Source: a virus. From it: 64,000 nt of DNA. The position numbers were made by a program, and so were the translations under genes. The stretch is taken from the IMG/VR virus record IMGVR_UViG_3300034103_001746, positions 85,533 to 149,532 of that record, one strand, 5' to 3'. Positions within the stretch are counted from its first letter, which is position 1, and each line of letters opens with the position of its first letter. Shown here piece after piece: positions 40,689 through 49,683 of the stretch. The notes beneath the pieces were generated by a model. It did no database searches. It saw only the letters and a list, made by a program, of their open reading frames with translations, and had not been told where the DNA came from.

Positions 40689-41050
40689 GGTTGTATCCTA
40701 CAATTAGGTCCGGTGCATTGTGGTTGAGGATTACGAATTATAATAGGCGGATGTTGGATAATGGTTTTTTGTGGAGTGCTAGGTTGTACTTTTGGTGTGG
40801 TAGGCATCTCTTTTTTTTCTGGTTCACAATATCCACAATCCACCATTTTTATACCATCTCCGCTCAAATATCTACCTGTGCCTTTACATACGGGACAATT
40901 TTTGCGTTCATATTTTTTATCTGGCATTTCAATATGTGTAGATTTTATAATGCCACCAGCTAATATTACTGCTGAGGTTGTTGACCCTTTATATGGAGAT
41001 GATCCAAATAATATAGTTGCTATTAATAATAAACATATTGTGTTATTCAT
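40685..41050 (-). CDS. Secreted/membrane protein with DnaJ-like CxxCxGxG motif
   Basis: Signal-like N-terminus; CPVCKGTG...CGYC; C-terminal CTGPNC. Confidence 0.6.
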   Translation of the reverse strand: MNNTICLLLIATILFGSSPYKGSTTSAVILAGGIIKSTHIEMPDKKYERKNCPVCKGTGRYLSGDGIKMVDCGYCEPEKKEMPTTPKVQPSTPQKTIIQHPPIIIRNPQPQCTGPNCRIQP

Positions 41051-41211
41051 TTTCTAATCCTTGGAAAAATTCTTTTTCTTTTAGGTTTAGGATTATCAGT
41101 CTCATCATTAGCTTCTGTTTTTTCAGGCACGAATAACTTAATTAGTACTAATATAAAATTTAACAACATACTGATGAGTCGTTGTAAAGCAATTCTATCT
41201 ATTATTCTCAT
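41047..41211 (-). CDS. 54-aa single-TM protein (not in the ORF track)
   Basis: Manual translation MRIIDRIALQRLISMLLNFILVLIKLFVPEK...RIRK; AGGTG SD; ATGA overlap with the next gene. Confidence 0.75.
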   Translation of the reverse strand: MRIIDRIALQRLISMLLNFILVLIKLFVPEKTEANDETDNPKPKRKRIFPRIRK

Positions 41212-41219
41212 AATACACC

Positions 41220-42143
41220 TTATAGGTAATCAAAACCATAGTCTGGTAATTTTTGTACAGGAAATCCGTTAAAATTGCTAAATGCGTAGGTGGCATTTTG
41301 TTTAATCATTCCCTCTGCCACATCGCTATGAATAAGAAATGACCCATCTGGGATCGGACCCCAATCTGGATGTCCACCATCATTCCATTTTCCCCAACTA
41401 TTTTGTACTAAAAATGCTGTGTCCCCATTAGTATCATCACAAGCTATCCAAGCCATACAATGAGCCCAACTACCACTGGTTCTTGAAAATCCTTTGCTAT
41501 CTCTTTTATTACTAAAACCATAATTAGAACATACAGCTAATCCATATCCATTAGCTAGAGCGTCTCGTGCTTCTTCAACGCTTGTAATTAAAGATACTGT
41601 TTTAATTTGATGATCATTAGCTAAATCTAATACTTTGTCTGGAACGCCACGACCTCCCCAACCAGCGCCAAGCATCCCGTCGTATTTAGTAAGATCAACA
41701 ACTCCTTTATAATTTTTACGAACAAGAATACCTCCAATTTTATTTACAAATTCAGCAGCTTTGCTGCCTGTCATACCTTGACCACTCCAACCACGAGCAC
41801 CATAAATAGCTTCTGTAGCTCCTCTGGCTACCCAGCTCTCCTTTTCTCTTAATATATCTATCTCTACTGCTCTACTAATATCACATGCGTTTCTTGTTCC
41901 ATGACTTACGCAATCACCAGTAACTTGTCTCTCTTCATAAGGCTTCTTATCAAATTTTAATACGCTTTTGTATGGTGTTGATAGTTTGCCTTTGCCACTA
42001 TTTGTAATTTTAGAGCTAGCATCACCAAAGTATGGATATTTCAAGGTTGTCATTAAATGATCAAATTCTAATTGATTCCAAATGGCTCCCTGAAAGCCCT
42101 GTCTATAATTATCATAAAGATCTACTGGAGATAAACGAGGCAT
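41220..42143 (-). CDS. Papain-like C1 cysteine peptidase (intact triad), candidate lysin
   Basis: Q-VTGD-C, WAHCM, VQNSWG. Confidence 0.85.
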   Translation of the reverse strand: MPRLSPVDLYDNYRQGFQGAIWNQLEFDHLMTTLKYPYFGDASSKITNSGKGKLSTPYKSVLKFDKKPYEERQVTGDCVSHGTRNACDISRAVEIDILREKESWVARGATEAIYGARGWSGQGMTGSKAAEFVNKIGGILVRKNYKGVVDLTKYDGMLGAGWGGRGVPDKVLDLANDHQIKTVSLITSVEEARDALANGYGLAVCSNYGFSNKRDSKGFSRTSGSWAHCMAWIACDDTNGDTAFLVQNSWGKWNDGGHPDWGPIPDGSFLIHSDVAEGMIKQNATYAFSNFNGFPVQKLPDYGFDYL

Positions 42144-42644
42144 TTATTTTGCTCCTTGTTGACAGGCCCATGCTAATGCTTTAAAACCCTCTACTGCTTG
42201 AGATCGAGATTCTGAGTTTAAAGCAACACTATCGTCACCAATAGCCTCAACCATAACAGCGTAGCAAGCTTCTGCTAATTTAGAATATTTATTTTTCATA
42301 TCTAATTTTAGCATGGTTCCTGCTAATCTATTGGCTTGTCTAATTTCTTCTGTATTTTTCAGAACTTCGTCATCTCCATCTAGAGATACAAGAGTTGCTA
42401 AATCTACATATAAACTAGATAATCTTTTACCATCAAATTTACGATCAGAATCGCCCTCTTTTAAAATTTCAACAACTTTATCCGCTTTAGCCTTTAATCC
42501 TTCTCTAACTGGAGCTGATAATTCTTCAACTTCGATTACAACAACAGGCTTTGGACGATTAACTAATGATCCTAAATCTGGTTTAAATAAACCCACAACC
42601 ACTAAAACGCCGCCCAAAACTAATAGTATATTTTTCGCGTTCAT
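42144..42644 (-). CDS. N-terminally anchored periplasmic helical protein
   Basis: TM segment ILLVLGGVLVVVGLF. Confidence 0.65.
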   Translation of the reverse strand: MNAKNILLVLGGVLVVVGLFKPDLGSLVNRPKPVVVIEVEELSAPVREGLKAKADKVVEILKEGDSDRKFDGKRLSSLYVDLATLVSLDGDDEVLKNTEEIRQANRLAGTMLKLDMKNKYSKLAEACYAVMVEAIGDDSVALNSESRSQAVEGFKALAWACQQGAK

Positions 42645-43015
42645 GCTGTTTCCTTTGTGCAGACTACTGGGGATAAATATGGGAACATTTGGTCAGCAAC
42701 CTTAACAGCTTCTGAGCAACCACATTCTGCTGCTAAGTCTCTCGTTTGTTTCCAACTAACTACTAATTTAAAAAAAATATCTTCTTTGGAAGTTACTACA
42801 GGTTTTACTGCTGGTACTACCACAGAAACTGGACTAACTGGTTTAAGAGGAGACACGTTCTTAAATTTATCCACCAATCCAAGTAGGAAAGTTTGTACAG
42901 GGCTTAATTTTTCCTTAAATAAAACCCACAATATTAAACCCGCACCAGCATATAAGGCCAAATTCATTGGGCCAACCTTGCTTGCAAACTCTTCAAAGGT
43001 TTCTGCGTAATTCAT
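42641..43015 (-). CDS. Hypothetical membrane protein
   Basis: TM segment LALYAGAGLILWVLF. Confidence 0.65.
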   Translation of the reverse strand: MNYAETFEEFASKVGPMNLALYAGAGLILWVLFKEKLSPVQTFLLGLVDKFKNVSPLKPVSPVSVVVPAVKPVVTSKEDIFFKLVVSWKQTRDLAAECGCSEAVKVADQMFPYLSPVVCTKETA

Positions 43016-43398
43016 AGTCCAGCCTCTCTTTTAATAAAAACACCCGTATTTCTAAAAATCGTTACCGTAGCATCAATACTAGCACTCACCATTATCATGA
43101 GAATATTTTTGATGTACTTATGTATTATAGGCTCAATAATATTTGGAACAAAGGGGACATCTACTACTAAAAATATTTTATCATAAAAACTATTTAATAG
43201 ATCCATTGCCAAAGCTTTTTTATCAGGATTGCTTAGATCATTACCAATAGCTTCTATAATCTGTACAACAGCTGCTGTGGTTAATTGTAATAGTTTCCAT
43301 GCTTCACCAAGAGCAAATCTTTTAACTTTATTTACTCTTTCTTTTGTGTTGATTATTAGTTTTTCTACTTCTGTTCTTATTAGTTCTCGGCTTGACAT
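43012..43398 (-). CDS. Hypothetical protein
   Basis: 128-aa amphipathic ORF. Confidence 0.6.
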   Translation of the reverse strand: MSSRELIRTEVEKLIINTKERVNKVKRFALGEAWKLLQLTTAAVVQIIEAIGNDLSNPDKKALAMDLLNSFYDKIFLVVDVPFVPNIIEPIIHKYIKNILMIMVSASIDATVTIFRNTGVFIKREAGL

Positions 43399-43687
43399 TT
43401 TTTACTACCTCTTTGTTTATTACCGTTAGTTCTTCTATTTGTTTATTTGATTCTATTTGATTGCTCCACCAGATTTTCTTAATTTCATTACGCCCCTTCA
43501 CATATCGAAATAACACTGTCAACTGACCAATAATAAGAATTAGTGCTTCTAAACCTCGACTAGTTTCTTGGATCAGATCTTCTTTTTGAGAATTACTATC
43601 TAATAAGCCTACTAAATATAATCCACTGAATAAAAAGCTTACTAGTGTAAACCAAAATTCGCTAGTTTTATATCCTGGTTTTAACAT
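43328..43687 (-). CDS. Putative holin
   Basis: N-terminal KPGYKTSEFW motif, two TM segments and a basic C-terminal tail. Confidence 0.6.
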   Translation of the reverse strand: MLKPGYKTSEFWFTLVSFLFSGLYLVGLLDSNSQKEDLIQETSRGLEALILIIGQLTVLFRYVKGRNEIKKIWWSNQIESNKQIEELTVINKEVVKNVKPRTNKNRSRKTNNQHKRKSK

Positions 43688-43736
43688 ATTAAAAACCTAT
43701 CTATAAAAGAAAGGAATATATCACACCAAAACATTA

Positions 43737-43949
43737 TCAACCACTGGGTGCTACAGCACCACCGTAATAATAGCTTGGATCATCAAATCTATGGTCAAAC
43801 TTATTTTGAATATTTGCTATTGTTAGATTTACTGGATAATTAGGTCTGATTAATAATTTAGAACTTTTACCGGTTGGTAGTGTTGAACAAACGGCTCTTT
43901 TATTATTAATGACTATGCCACTTATTGCTGTTGTAATATCATTGGCCAT
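43737..43949 (-). CDS. Small hypothetical protein
   Basis: 70-aa ORF with AAGGA SD. Confidence 0.65.
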   Translation of the reverse strand: MANDITTAISGIVINNKRAVCSTLPTGKSSKLLIRPNYPVNLTIANIQNKFDHRFDDPSYYYGGAVAPSG

Positions 43950-44021
43950 ATTTTTTTCCTTATTATAGTTGGATATTTATTATTACACCAAGTATGGTAA
44001 GATAAATATTGTGCTAATATT

Positions 44022-45407
44022 TTATAATAATTCTTCTAATGGTCCCATTTGATTCAAATCTTTAAGTCCAGGATCTGACATTCCAAACAAATCTCGTGGA
44101 GCGCCAGCTAGATGCAAAAATGTTAAGTACATATTAGCAATTGTTCTATGATTAGGTTGTCCATAGCCTGGATAATCTATATAACGTCCACTTTTTAATT
44201 TACCACCCATATCTCCAATTACTACCATCGGCCACTCCCAACACCGACTGTGATGAGCTTCAGCGGCATCACTTAGATAAACGATCACGGTGTTGTCGAG
44301 CATCGTACCGTCCCCTTCTTTTATTGCTTCAAGTTTCTTACATAACCCCGCAATCAGATCAAAATGGAAGTGACGTATCATATCGTACAACTCCAACTGT
44401 GACATTCCGTTCTCTCCGCCTCCGTGACCCATATGATGCTTGCCCATCTTGAGTCCAAGGCCAGAGAAATTAATATCAAAATCCTGTTCGCCAGCCGCCG
44501 ACGAGATTGTTACCACATTTGTTAATCCACTAATCAATGAGGCTGCTGCTATATCAAATTGAGCATCTAATCGGTCTGTTTCAATAACACTATTATATTT
44601 ATTATTTACTACTGGACCCTTTTCTCTTAAAGTATGTTTTATATCGTTTAGTTTGCTCTGTCTATTACTTAATGCTTCAAAAGTTTCTATATAGGCTGTT
44701 AATTGTTGTCGTTCTGGGCCAGCAAGATTAGCTTCTGCTATTTTTATATCATTTTTAAGAAAATCTAAAAGATTATTTTTTGCTATAAATTCTTGTTTTG
44801 CATTACCTTCGGCAATGCTTCCAAATAAATTATTATATGCTTGTTGTGGTTGACATATAATTGGCATTAATTTAGCTTTATCCCACGCCGAAATGCTATA
44901 TACCACATTATTGTCGAGTTTTTTAGAAATACCAAGTCCAACAAATGGGAAAATACTAGGAAGAGCTTTAGCAAGAGCGCAGTCGATAGTTTCGCTAATA
45001 GATGTTGCTCCTTTGCGACCTCCAGGCACAACTCCTAAAGCTCCATGATCATTAGAATGTCCACCTCCGCATACGCGACCAGATAATCCATTAACAATTG
45101 TTAATTTATTTTGCCATTTAGCTACTGGCTCTAGAGACATTGGTAGTTTTTTCCCTGTCAATGATATGTTAATAAGCTCTGGAGGACCATTAAAAGGTTC
45201 TTCTGGACGCTCAGGGCGTATAATGCCTTCTGGTGGCATTTGTTGAGGTTTTACTCCATTGCTTTCAACAACAAAAACAAATCGTTTTGCTGTAATTGGT
45301 AAACCAGCCGCTTCTGCTTTTAACTTATTAAGTATAGGATATAAAAACGTAGCTGCTGCTGATAAACCAAGAGCTTTAAGCGTGTTTCTGCGCTGTTCCA
45401 AAAACAT
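44022..45407 (-). CDS. DUF1552-family protein with Tat-like signal
   Basis: RRNTLKALG, KRFVFVVESNG, ETID, LTNV, GHGG, EGDGTMLDNTVIVYLSD, HH..WP..VIG. Confidence 0.85.
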   Translation of the reverse strand: MFLEQRRNTLKALGLSAAATFLYPILNKLKAEAAGLPITAKRFVFVVESNGVKPQQMPPEGIIRPERPEEPFNGPPELINISLTGKKLPMSLEPVAKWQNKLTIVNGLSGRVCGGGHSNDHGALGVVPGGRKGATSISETIDCALAKALPSIFPFVGLGISKKLDNNVVYSISAWDKAKLMPIICQPQQAYNNLFGSIAEGNAKQEFIAKNNLLDFLKNDIKIAEANLAGPERQQLTAYIETFEALSNRQSKLNDIKHTLREKGPVVNNKYNSVIETDRLDAQFDIAAASLISGLTNVVTISSAAGEQDFDINFSGLGLKMGKHHMGHGGGENGMSQLELYDMIRHFHFDLIAGLCKKLEAIKEGDGTMLDNTVIVYLSDAAEAHHSRCWEWPMVVIGDMGGKLKSGRYIDYPGYGQPNHRTIANMYLTFLHLAGAPRDLFGMSDPGLKDLNQMGPLEELL

Positions 45408-45514
45408 AGTATTTGTAATTCCTTTTTGGCATGAGACCTGATTTATTATAGTTCAACACAGAACTATTGGTACTTTGTCGATTTTTTGAAACTTAACACA
45501 AAGGTATATTTGTA

Positions 45515-45835
45515 TTAGTGTCGTTCTATTCTGTCTTCTAAAGCTTCTAGTGTTTTACCTAGCGTTGCTATTTGAATTTTCAGTTCTGTCATGACTTCTG
45601 TATTTCTCTGTAAAGCTACAGATAATGCTGCTTGACTTTCTTTATTTATTGCTAATCTTTCCATAATAAATTGTCTATCTTGAAGATATGGACTTTCATT
45701 TTTTATTAACTCAGCCACTTCTGATTTAGTTACCATTTTTTTTCCTATTGCTACCCAAAATCCCATCATAGTCACAATAATTCCGATACTTGTTGTAGCA
45801 ATATTTTCCCAAAAATGAATAATTGTATCACTCAT
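45515..45835 (-). CDS. Single-TM coiled-coil protein
   Basis: TM segment followed by a heptad-rich C-terminus. Confidence 0.65.
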   Translation of the reverse strand: MSDTIIHFWENIATTSIGIIVTMMGFWVAIGKKMVTKSEVAELIKNESPYLQDRQFIMERLAINKESQAALSVALQRNTEVMTELKIQIATLGKTLEALEDRIERH

Positions 45836-45896
45836 ATTATTTCTTTCTTATTATGACATTTATGTTATTTTGAGGAAAACTACAATAGATATACAC

Positions 45897-45940
45897 TAAA
45901 AAGAAAAAGCCGACAGTACTTAGTACTATCGGCTTATCTT
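45897..45940 (-). terminator. Rho-independent terminator
   Basis: Minus-strand GCCGATAGTAC-TAA-GTACTGTCGGC followed by TTTTTCTTTT. Confidence 0.85.
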
Positions 45941-45960
45941 ATTTTAACATTTAATGGTTA

Positions 45961-46524
45961 TTAGCCGCCAGTTTTAGCCTTATAATCATTGTTGGTAACA
46001 GGCACAGGTCTGCCGATATTATATGTTAGTTGACCTGGAGCTGTTCTGGTTGGAGTAGCTGCTGTGTCGGTAGATAAAGAATCTACAGCCACAACAGGGA
46101 ATCCATTATCCCAAACGCCCGTAACACGATTATACTTATTGGCTCTAATTGCAGTAGTTAGTCTACGTGTTCTTAGAGTTTCTAGTTTATGAATACTACG
46201 AATTAATCTCGGTTGATTAGCTCCACTACGAAGAACGTTATTACTAACACCAGATAGTGTACTGGTTACTCTTTTGCCAACAGGTCTTACATTATTATAA
46301 GCAAAAGATCCAGCACTAACAGCTTCGTCAGCCCATGAATTATCTAAAACTGTTGATGCAAAAACTGTTGTGTTGAATCTGGAAACCTTTACATTAGCTA
46401 GTTTCGTTGATGTACCAGCACGAGTTGTAACGCCTCTATTGTTTACGGCGCCACTACCCTTAACATTAGGTTGAATTGTATAATCTACGCCATTGACTTT
46501 TGCTATAGCCATTTTTGTCTCCAT
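45961..46524 (-). CDS. Hypothetical, probably highly expressed virion protein
   Basis: Ala/Thr/Val/Arg-rich, with its own terminator. The GGAG SD suggests a start at MAIAK. Confidence 0.55.
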   Translation of the reverse strand: METKMAIAKVNGVDYTIQPNVKGSGAVNNRGVTTRAGTSTKLANVKVSRFNTTVFASTVLDNSWADEAVSAGSFAYNNVRPVGKRVTSTLSGVSNNVLRSGANQPRLIRSIHKLETLRTRRLTTAIRANKYNRVTGVWDNGFPVVAVDSLSTDTAATPTRTAPGQLTYNIGRPVPVTNNDYKAKTGG

Positions 46525-46557
46525 AAAAAGGGTGTGTAATATACTTATACCCTAAAT

Positions 46558-47211
46558 TTAGGAATTTAGTTTATTTTCTTGTAAAAGTTTTAAGGCATTA
46601 ACAGAATTGACCTTTATACCAAAGAGTTTGGTTTTATAGATATTTTTAACTTGACCAATATTCCATATGTTTCCATTACAAATAATATTTATAGGAACTT
46701 TTTTATTAATTAAAGCAGAGGCGAGAATATTATCATTTATATCATCCAAAAGATACCCTGTGGATGGATAAATTGTATCTATTCCTCCAGTTAAAAGTAT
46801 TTGAGAAACTTTATAAAGTAAATCATAAGTAAAAATACGATATTCTAAGATATATCTTAAAGAGACATTATGTTTTTGACACAATTCTAAACTTTGTTTT
46901 ATGTCATCTCTAAACTTATCATATTTTCTATTACATAGATAGTATGGTTGTGCTACTAAATTAATAACTTGAGCACCCTGTTTAATTGCTGATTCTATTG
47001 AAACTAATCTAGTTTTTGTATCAGATATGCCTAAAGGGTAGTCTATAGAACTAGATATAATAATATGTTCTGGTAAATTATTTCTGGCTAATTTAATATG
47101 ATTTAAAAAAACAGAAACAGTATTTACGGAGGTGGTTTGAACTTCTTTAAAAAGACCTTTTAATTCTTCGTCTGATGCTGATATATCATATGCAGAAAAT
47201 TCTGTTATCAT
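46558..47211 (-). CDS. Deoxyribose-phosphate aldolase (DeoC)-fold protein lacking the catalytic Lys
   Basis: IDYPLG, AIKQGA, LRYILE; IYPSTG replaces the canonical IKTSTG. Confidence 0.75.
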   Translation of the reverse strand: MITEFSAYDISASDEELKGLFKEVQTTSVNTVSVFLNHIKLARNNLPEHIIISSSIDYPLGISDTKTRLVSIESAIKQGAQVINLVAQPYYLCNRKYDKFRDDIKQSLELCQKHNVSLRYILEYRIFTYDLLYKVSQILLTGGIDTIYPSTGYLLDDINDNILASALINKKVPINIICNGNIWNIGQVKNIYKTKLFGIKVNSVNALKLLQENKLNS

Positions 47212-47885
47212 TTGAATTTTTTATAAGATTTGAGTGCCTCTAGTGATGGAAACTGCTTACTACCTAATACACCATCAGCAAAACCGTATTCTACTGCCTC
47301 TATTGAATTCAGAATCCAATCACACTTATTTGCAAGCTGAGAAACAATATGTTTTCTGGCCATCATTCTTTTCCAATTTTTAGTCGCTGCTATAGGACTA
47401 CTCATACATTTATCAGTGAAAATATCAACCATTTTATCACACTCTTGCTCATTCCATTGTACGCTACTGGCTGCGGCTTTCGAGTGTTCATCATTAATAC
47501 TAAAAGAGCCATAATGAATTAATACATTTGTATTTGGCATTAAAATACGCAAATCTGGAGATTGTAGTATCACACTACTTGCCGATTCAACACTTCCATA
47601 TGCCAATATAATTGTTTTTGCTTTAGAAAACTTAATAGCATCATAAAGACCTAAACAATCCGACCACATACCTCCTGGCAAATGCATATGAATTAAAATA
47701 GAATCATTAGACAGACTATTGAGGTATCTAATATTTTTTTCAAACGTTACTGCAACCCTATATTCTACTCCAGCCTCATCTTCAGTATCTATATGAGAAT
47801 GTAAAAAAATTTCTCTATTTTTTATATCTAAATTAAAAGTATGAATATTATATATGTCACTATCGTTAGCAATGTGAGATACCAT
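47208..47885 (-). CDS. clpP: ClpP-like serine protease
   Basis: REIFL, LPGG, GSVESAS (Ser), VLIH (His), DWIL...EAVEYGFAD (Asp). Confidence 0.85.
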   Translation of the reverse strand: MVSHIANDSDIYNIHTFNLDIKNREIFLHSHIDTEDEAGVEYRVAVTFEKNIRYLNSLSNDSILIHMHLPGGMWSDCLGLYDAIKFSKAKTIILAYGSVESASSVILQSPDLRILMPNTNVLIHYGSFSINDEHSKAAASSVQWNEQECDKMVDIFTDKCMSSPIAATKNWKRMMARKHIVSQLANKCDWILNSIEAVEYGFADGVLGSKQFPSLEALKSYKKFK

Positions 47886-48321
47886 CTTTATGTCCTAAAT
47901 ATTTATATACTTTATCATTAATGTGTTTCATAACCTTAGAACCATCAAATGCTTTACCAATTGCTATTCTGAATCTGTATCTTGTAAAGATATCCAATGC
48001 TTCGACCCCATGAGAAGCTTCTATGAGATCAGAAATTTCTTTAGTGATTGAAAAATTGGTGTGGCCTATCCAAAAATTAAAGATTTTACCAGAGGCTGTA
48101 TTTTCATTGTACGGAATTAATCCCATCGGAGTTGCTATTGCTCTAATAGGTTTACTATGAATATGTGACTCATCGCTTTCTATATCGTCTTCATAATTGT
48201 TAGTAAATTTTTCTTCACTATCTGTTGACACTAATTCTATATTCTGTTCTTCATCACTGCCAAAAGGATCAAACCATTTTTGCCAAATAATTAAATAGTT
48301 TTCTGTTGTTTGATTTGACAT
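47866..48321 (-). CDS. Hypothetical protein
   Basis: Conserved-looking FNFWIGHTNF...RYRFRIAIGKAF domain. Confidence 0.65.
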   Translation of the reverse strand: MSNQTTENYLIIWQKWFDPFGSDEEQNIELVSTDSEEKFTNNYEDDIESDESHIHSKPIRAIATPMGLIPYNENTASGKIFNFWIGHTNFSITKEISDLIEASHGVEALDIFTRYRFRIAIGKAFDGSKVMKHINDKVYKYLGHKDGISHC

Positions 48322-48323
48322 AT

Positions 48324-48710
48324 TTATCTCGTACTATACTGTTTAAATACACTTGATGGTTTAACTACTGGATCGTATTTTTGTGCATCTGATTTCTTAT
48401 TCTCTGAGTATTCTAATAATTTTACTAAGCATAGTTGAATAAACATATTATCAAAAGTATTGCTTTTATCTGTTAAAGATGTTAACGTAGTTATCGTGTC
48501 ATTCTGTAGCATTCCGGTATTAATCATATGTAATAACGTGCTAAATTCTGTACTAACTGGACTAATTTTATCCATATTATTTTTATCAAAGTTTGGCCAA
48601 TAACAAATAATATTAATTGTTCCATCATAATTTAATTCAAAATTAATACTGCACATAAAAGGTGGGCTATTTTTTCTTTTTGATAATATTTTTTTTAGAA
48701 ATTTAAACAT
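48324..48710 (-). CDS. Hypothetical protein
   Basis: 128-aa ORF in the operon. Confidence 0.6.
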   Translation of the reverse strand: MFKFLKKILSKRKNSPPFMCSINFELNYDGTINIICYWPNFDKNNMDKISPVSTEFSTLLHMINTGMLQNDTITTLTSLTDKSNTFDNMFIQLCLVKLLEYSENKKSDAQKYDPVVKPSSVFKQYSTR

Positions 48711-49053
48711 ACATTAATGCTTTTTTTATTATTGGGGTGTTCGCAACAAACTCATACGAGATATTATATGCATTGGTTACTTTAGAACCAATTGGTAATC
48801 TGCATACATAATGTACTACTATTAGTTTTTCTTGTTTTTCTACGTCTAAAAGAAATAAAGGTATTTTTTTTACATTTGTAGAAATATAAGAATCTAAAAT
48901 GGTATAGATATAATCCTGTATCGTATAATTTTCTTGATCATTAATAATCATTGTCAATGGATCATAATAATTTTTTGACAATGAAACTAGATGAGGAATA
49001 TTGGATTGAAGAGAATATAAAAATGTATGTAAGTTTATTTTAAAATCAAACAT
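48703..49053 (-). CDS. Hypothetical protein
   Basis: 116-aa ORF overlapping its neighbours. Confidence 0.55.
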   Translation of the reverse strand: MFDFKINLHTFLYSLQSNIPHLVSLSKNYYDPLTMIINDQENYTIQDYIYTILDSYISTNVKKIPLFLLDVEKQEKLIVVHYVCRLPIGSKVTNAYNISYEFVANTPIIKKALMYV

Positions 49054-49630
49054 ATTCTCTGATTTTAGATAATCCTTTTTGAATATTTTGTCTTACTGCT
49101 TCTCTCGTCACTCCGAATTGCTTTCCAATGTCTGATAATGTCTTATCATTAAAATAATATTCTATAATTTGCTGTTTTTGTTTATCTGATATAATTCCGG
49201 ACGACAGCAATACTTCAATATTAGAAGATAGATGTTCCGAATATTCCTGATCTTCAATAATTTTAGCAGGATCGTATTCTACGTTATCAGAAATATTTTC
49301 TGCAAAAGTTGAGTCGTTGTTTGCTTCGTTATTGTATAGAGACAATGATTGATTATTTTTTTTATATTTATTAGTCAAATATGTTTTAATAGCCCATATT
49401 CCACACTGATTGCGATAAGAATATTTTGTTTTTCCTTTACCATCAAAACCTTTACGATTTGCGTCCCATCTCCAATCTGCAAACATAATCGCGGAGGCTA
49501 TGTCTGCTATCGCGTCTTCATTATTTAATAATTCTTTTCTAAGAGATGAATAAAAATTAGGAGCAAACTTAGAAATAATTTTTTTTGCTAGAGTGATGTA
49601 TGTAGATAGATTGTCAAATTCTTTTTCCAT
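49046..49630 (-). CDS. Phage RNA polymerase sigma factor (sigma70 regions 2 and 4)
   Basis: Region-4 HTH TLSDIGKQFGVTREAVRQ; region-2-like RWD...YSY...WAI; start at MEKEF preferred. Confidence 0.85.
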   Translation of the reverse strand: MEKEFDNLSTYITLAKKIISKFAPNFYSSLRKELLNNEDAIADIASAIMFADWRWDANRKGFDGKGKTKYSYRNQCGIWAIKTYLTNKYKKNNQSLSLYNNEANNDSTFAENISDNVEYDPAKIIEDQEYSEHLSSNIEVLLSSGIISDKQKQQIIEYYFNDKTLSDIGKQFGVTREAVRQNIQKGLSKIREYV

Positions 49631-49683
49631 GAAAATTCCTTTATTTAAAAATTCCAAATAGTAAACAGTTTTATTACTTACTA

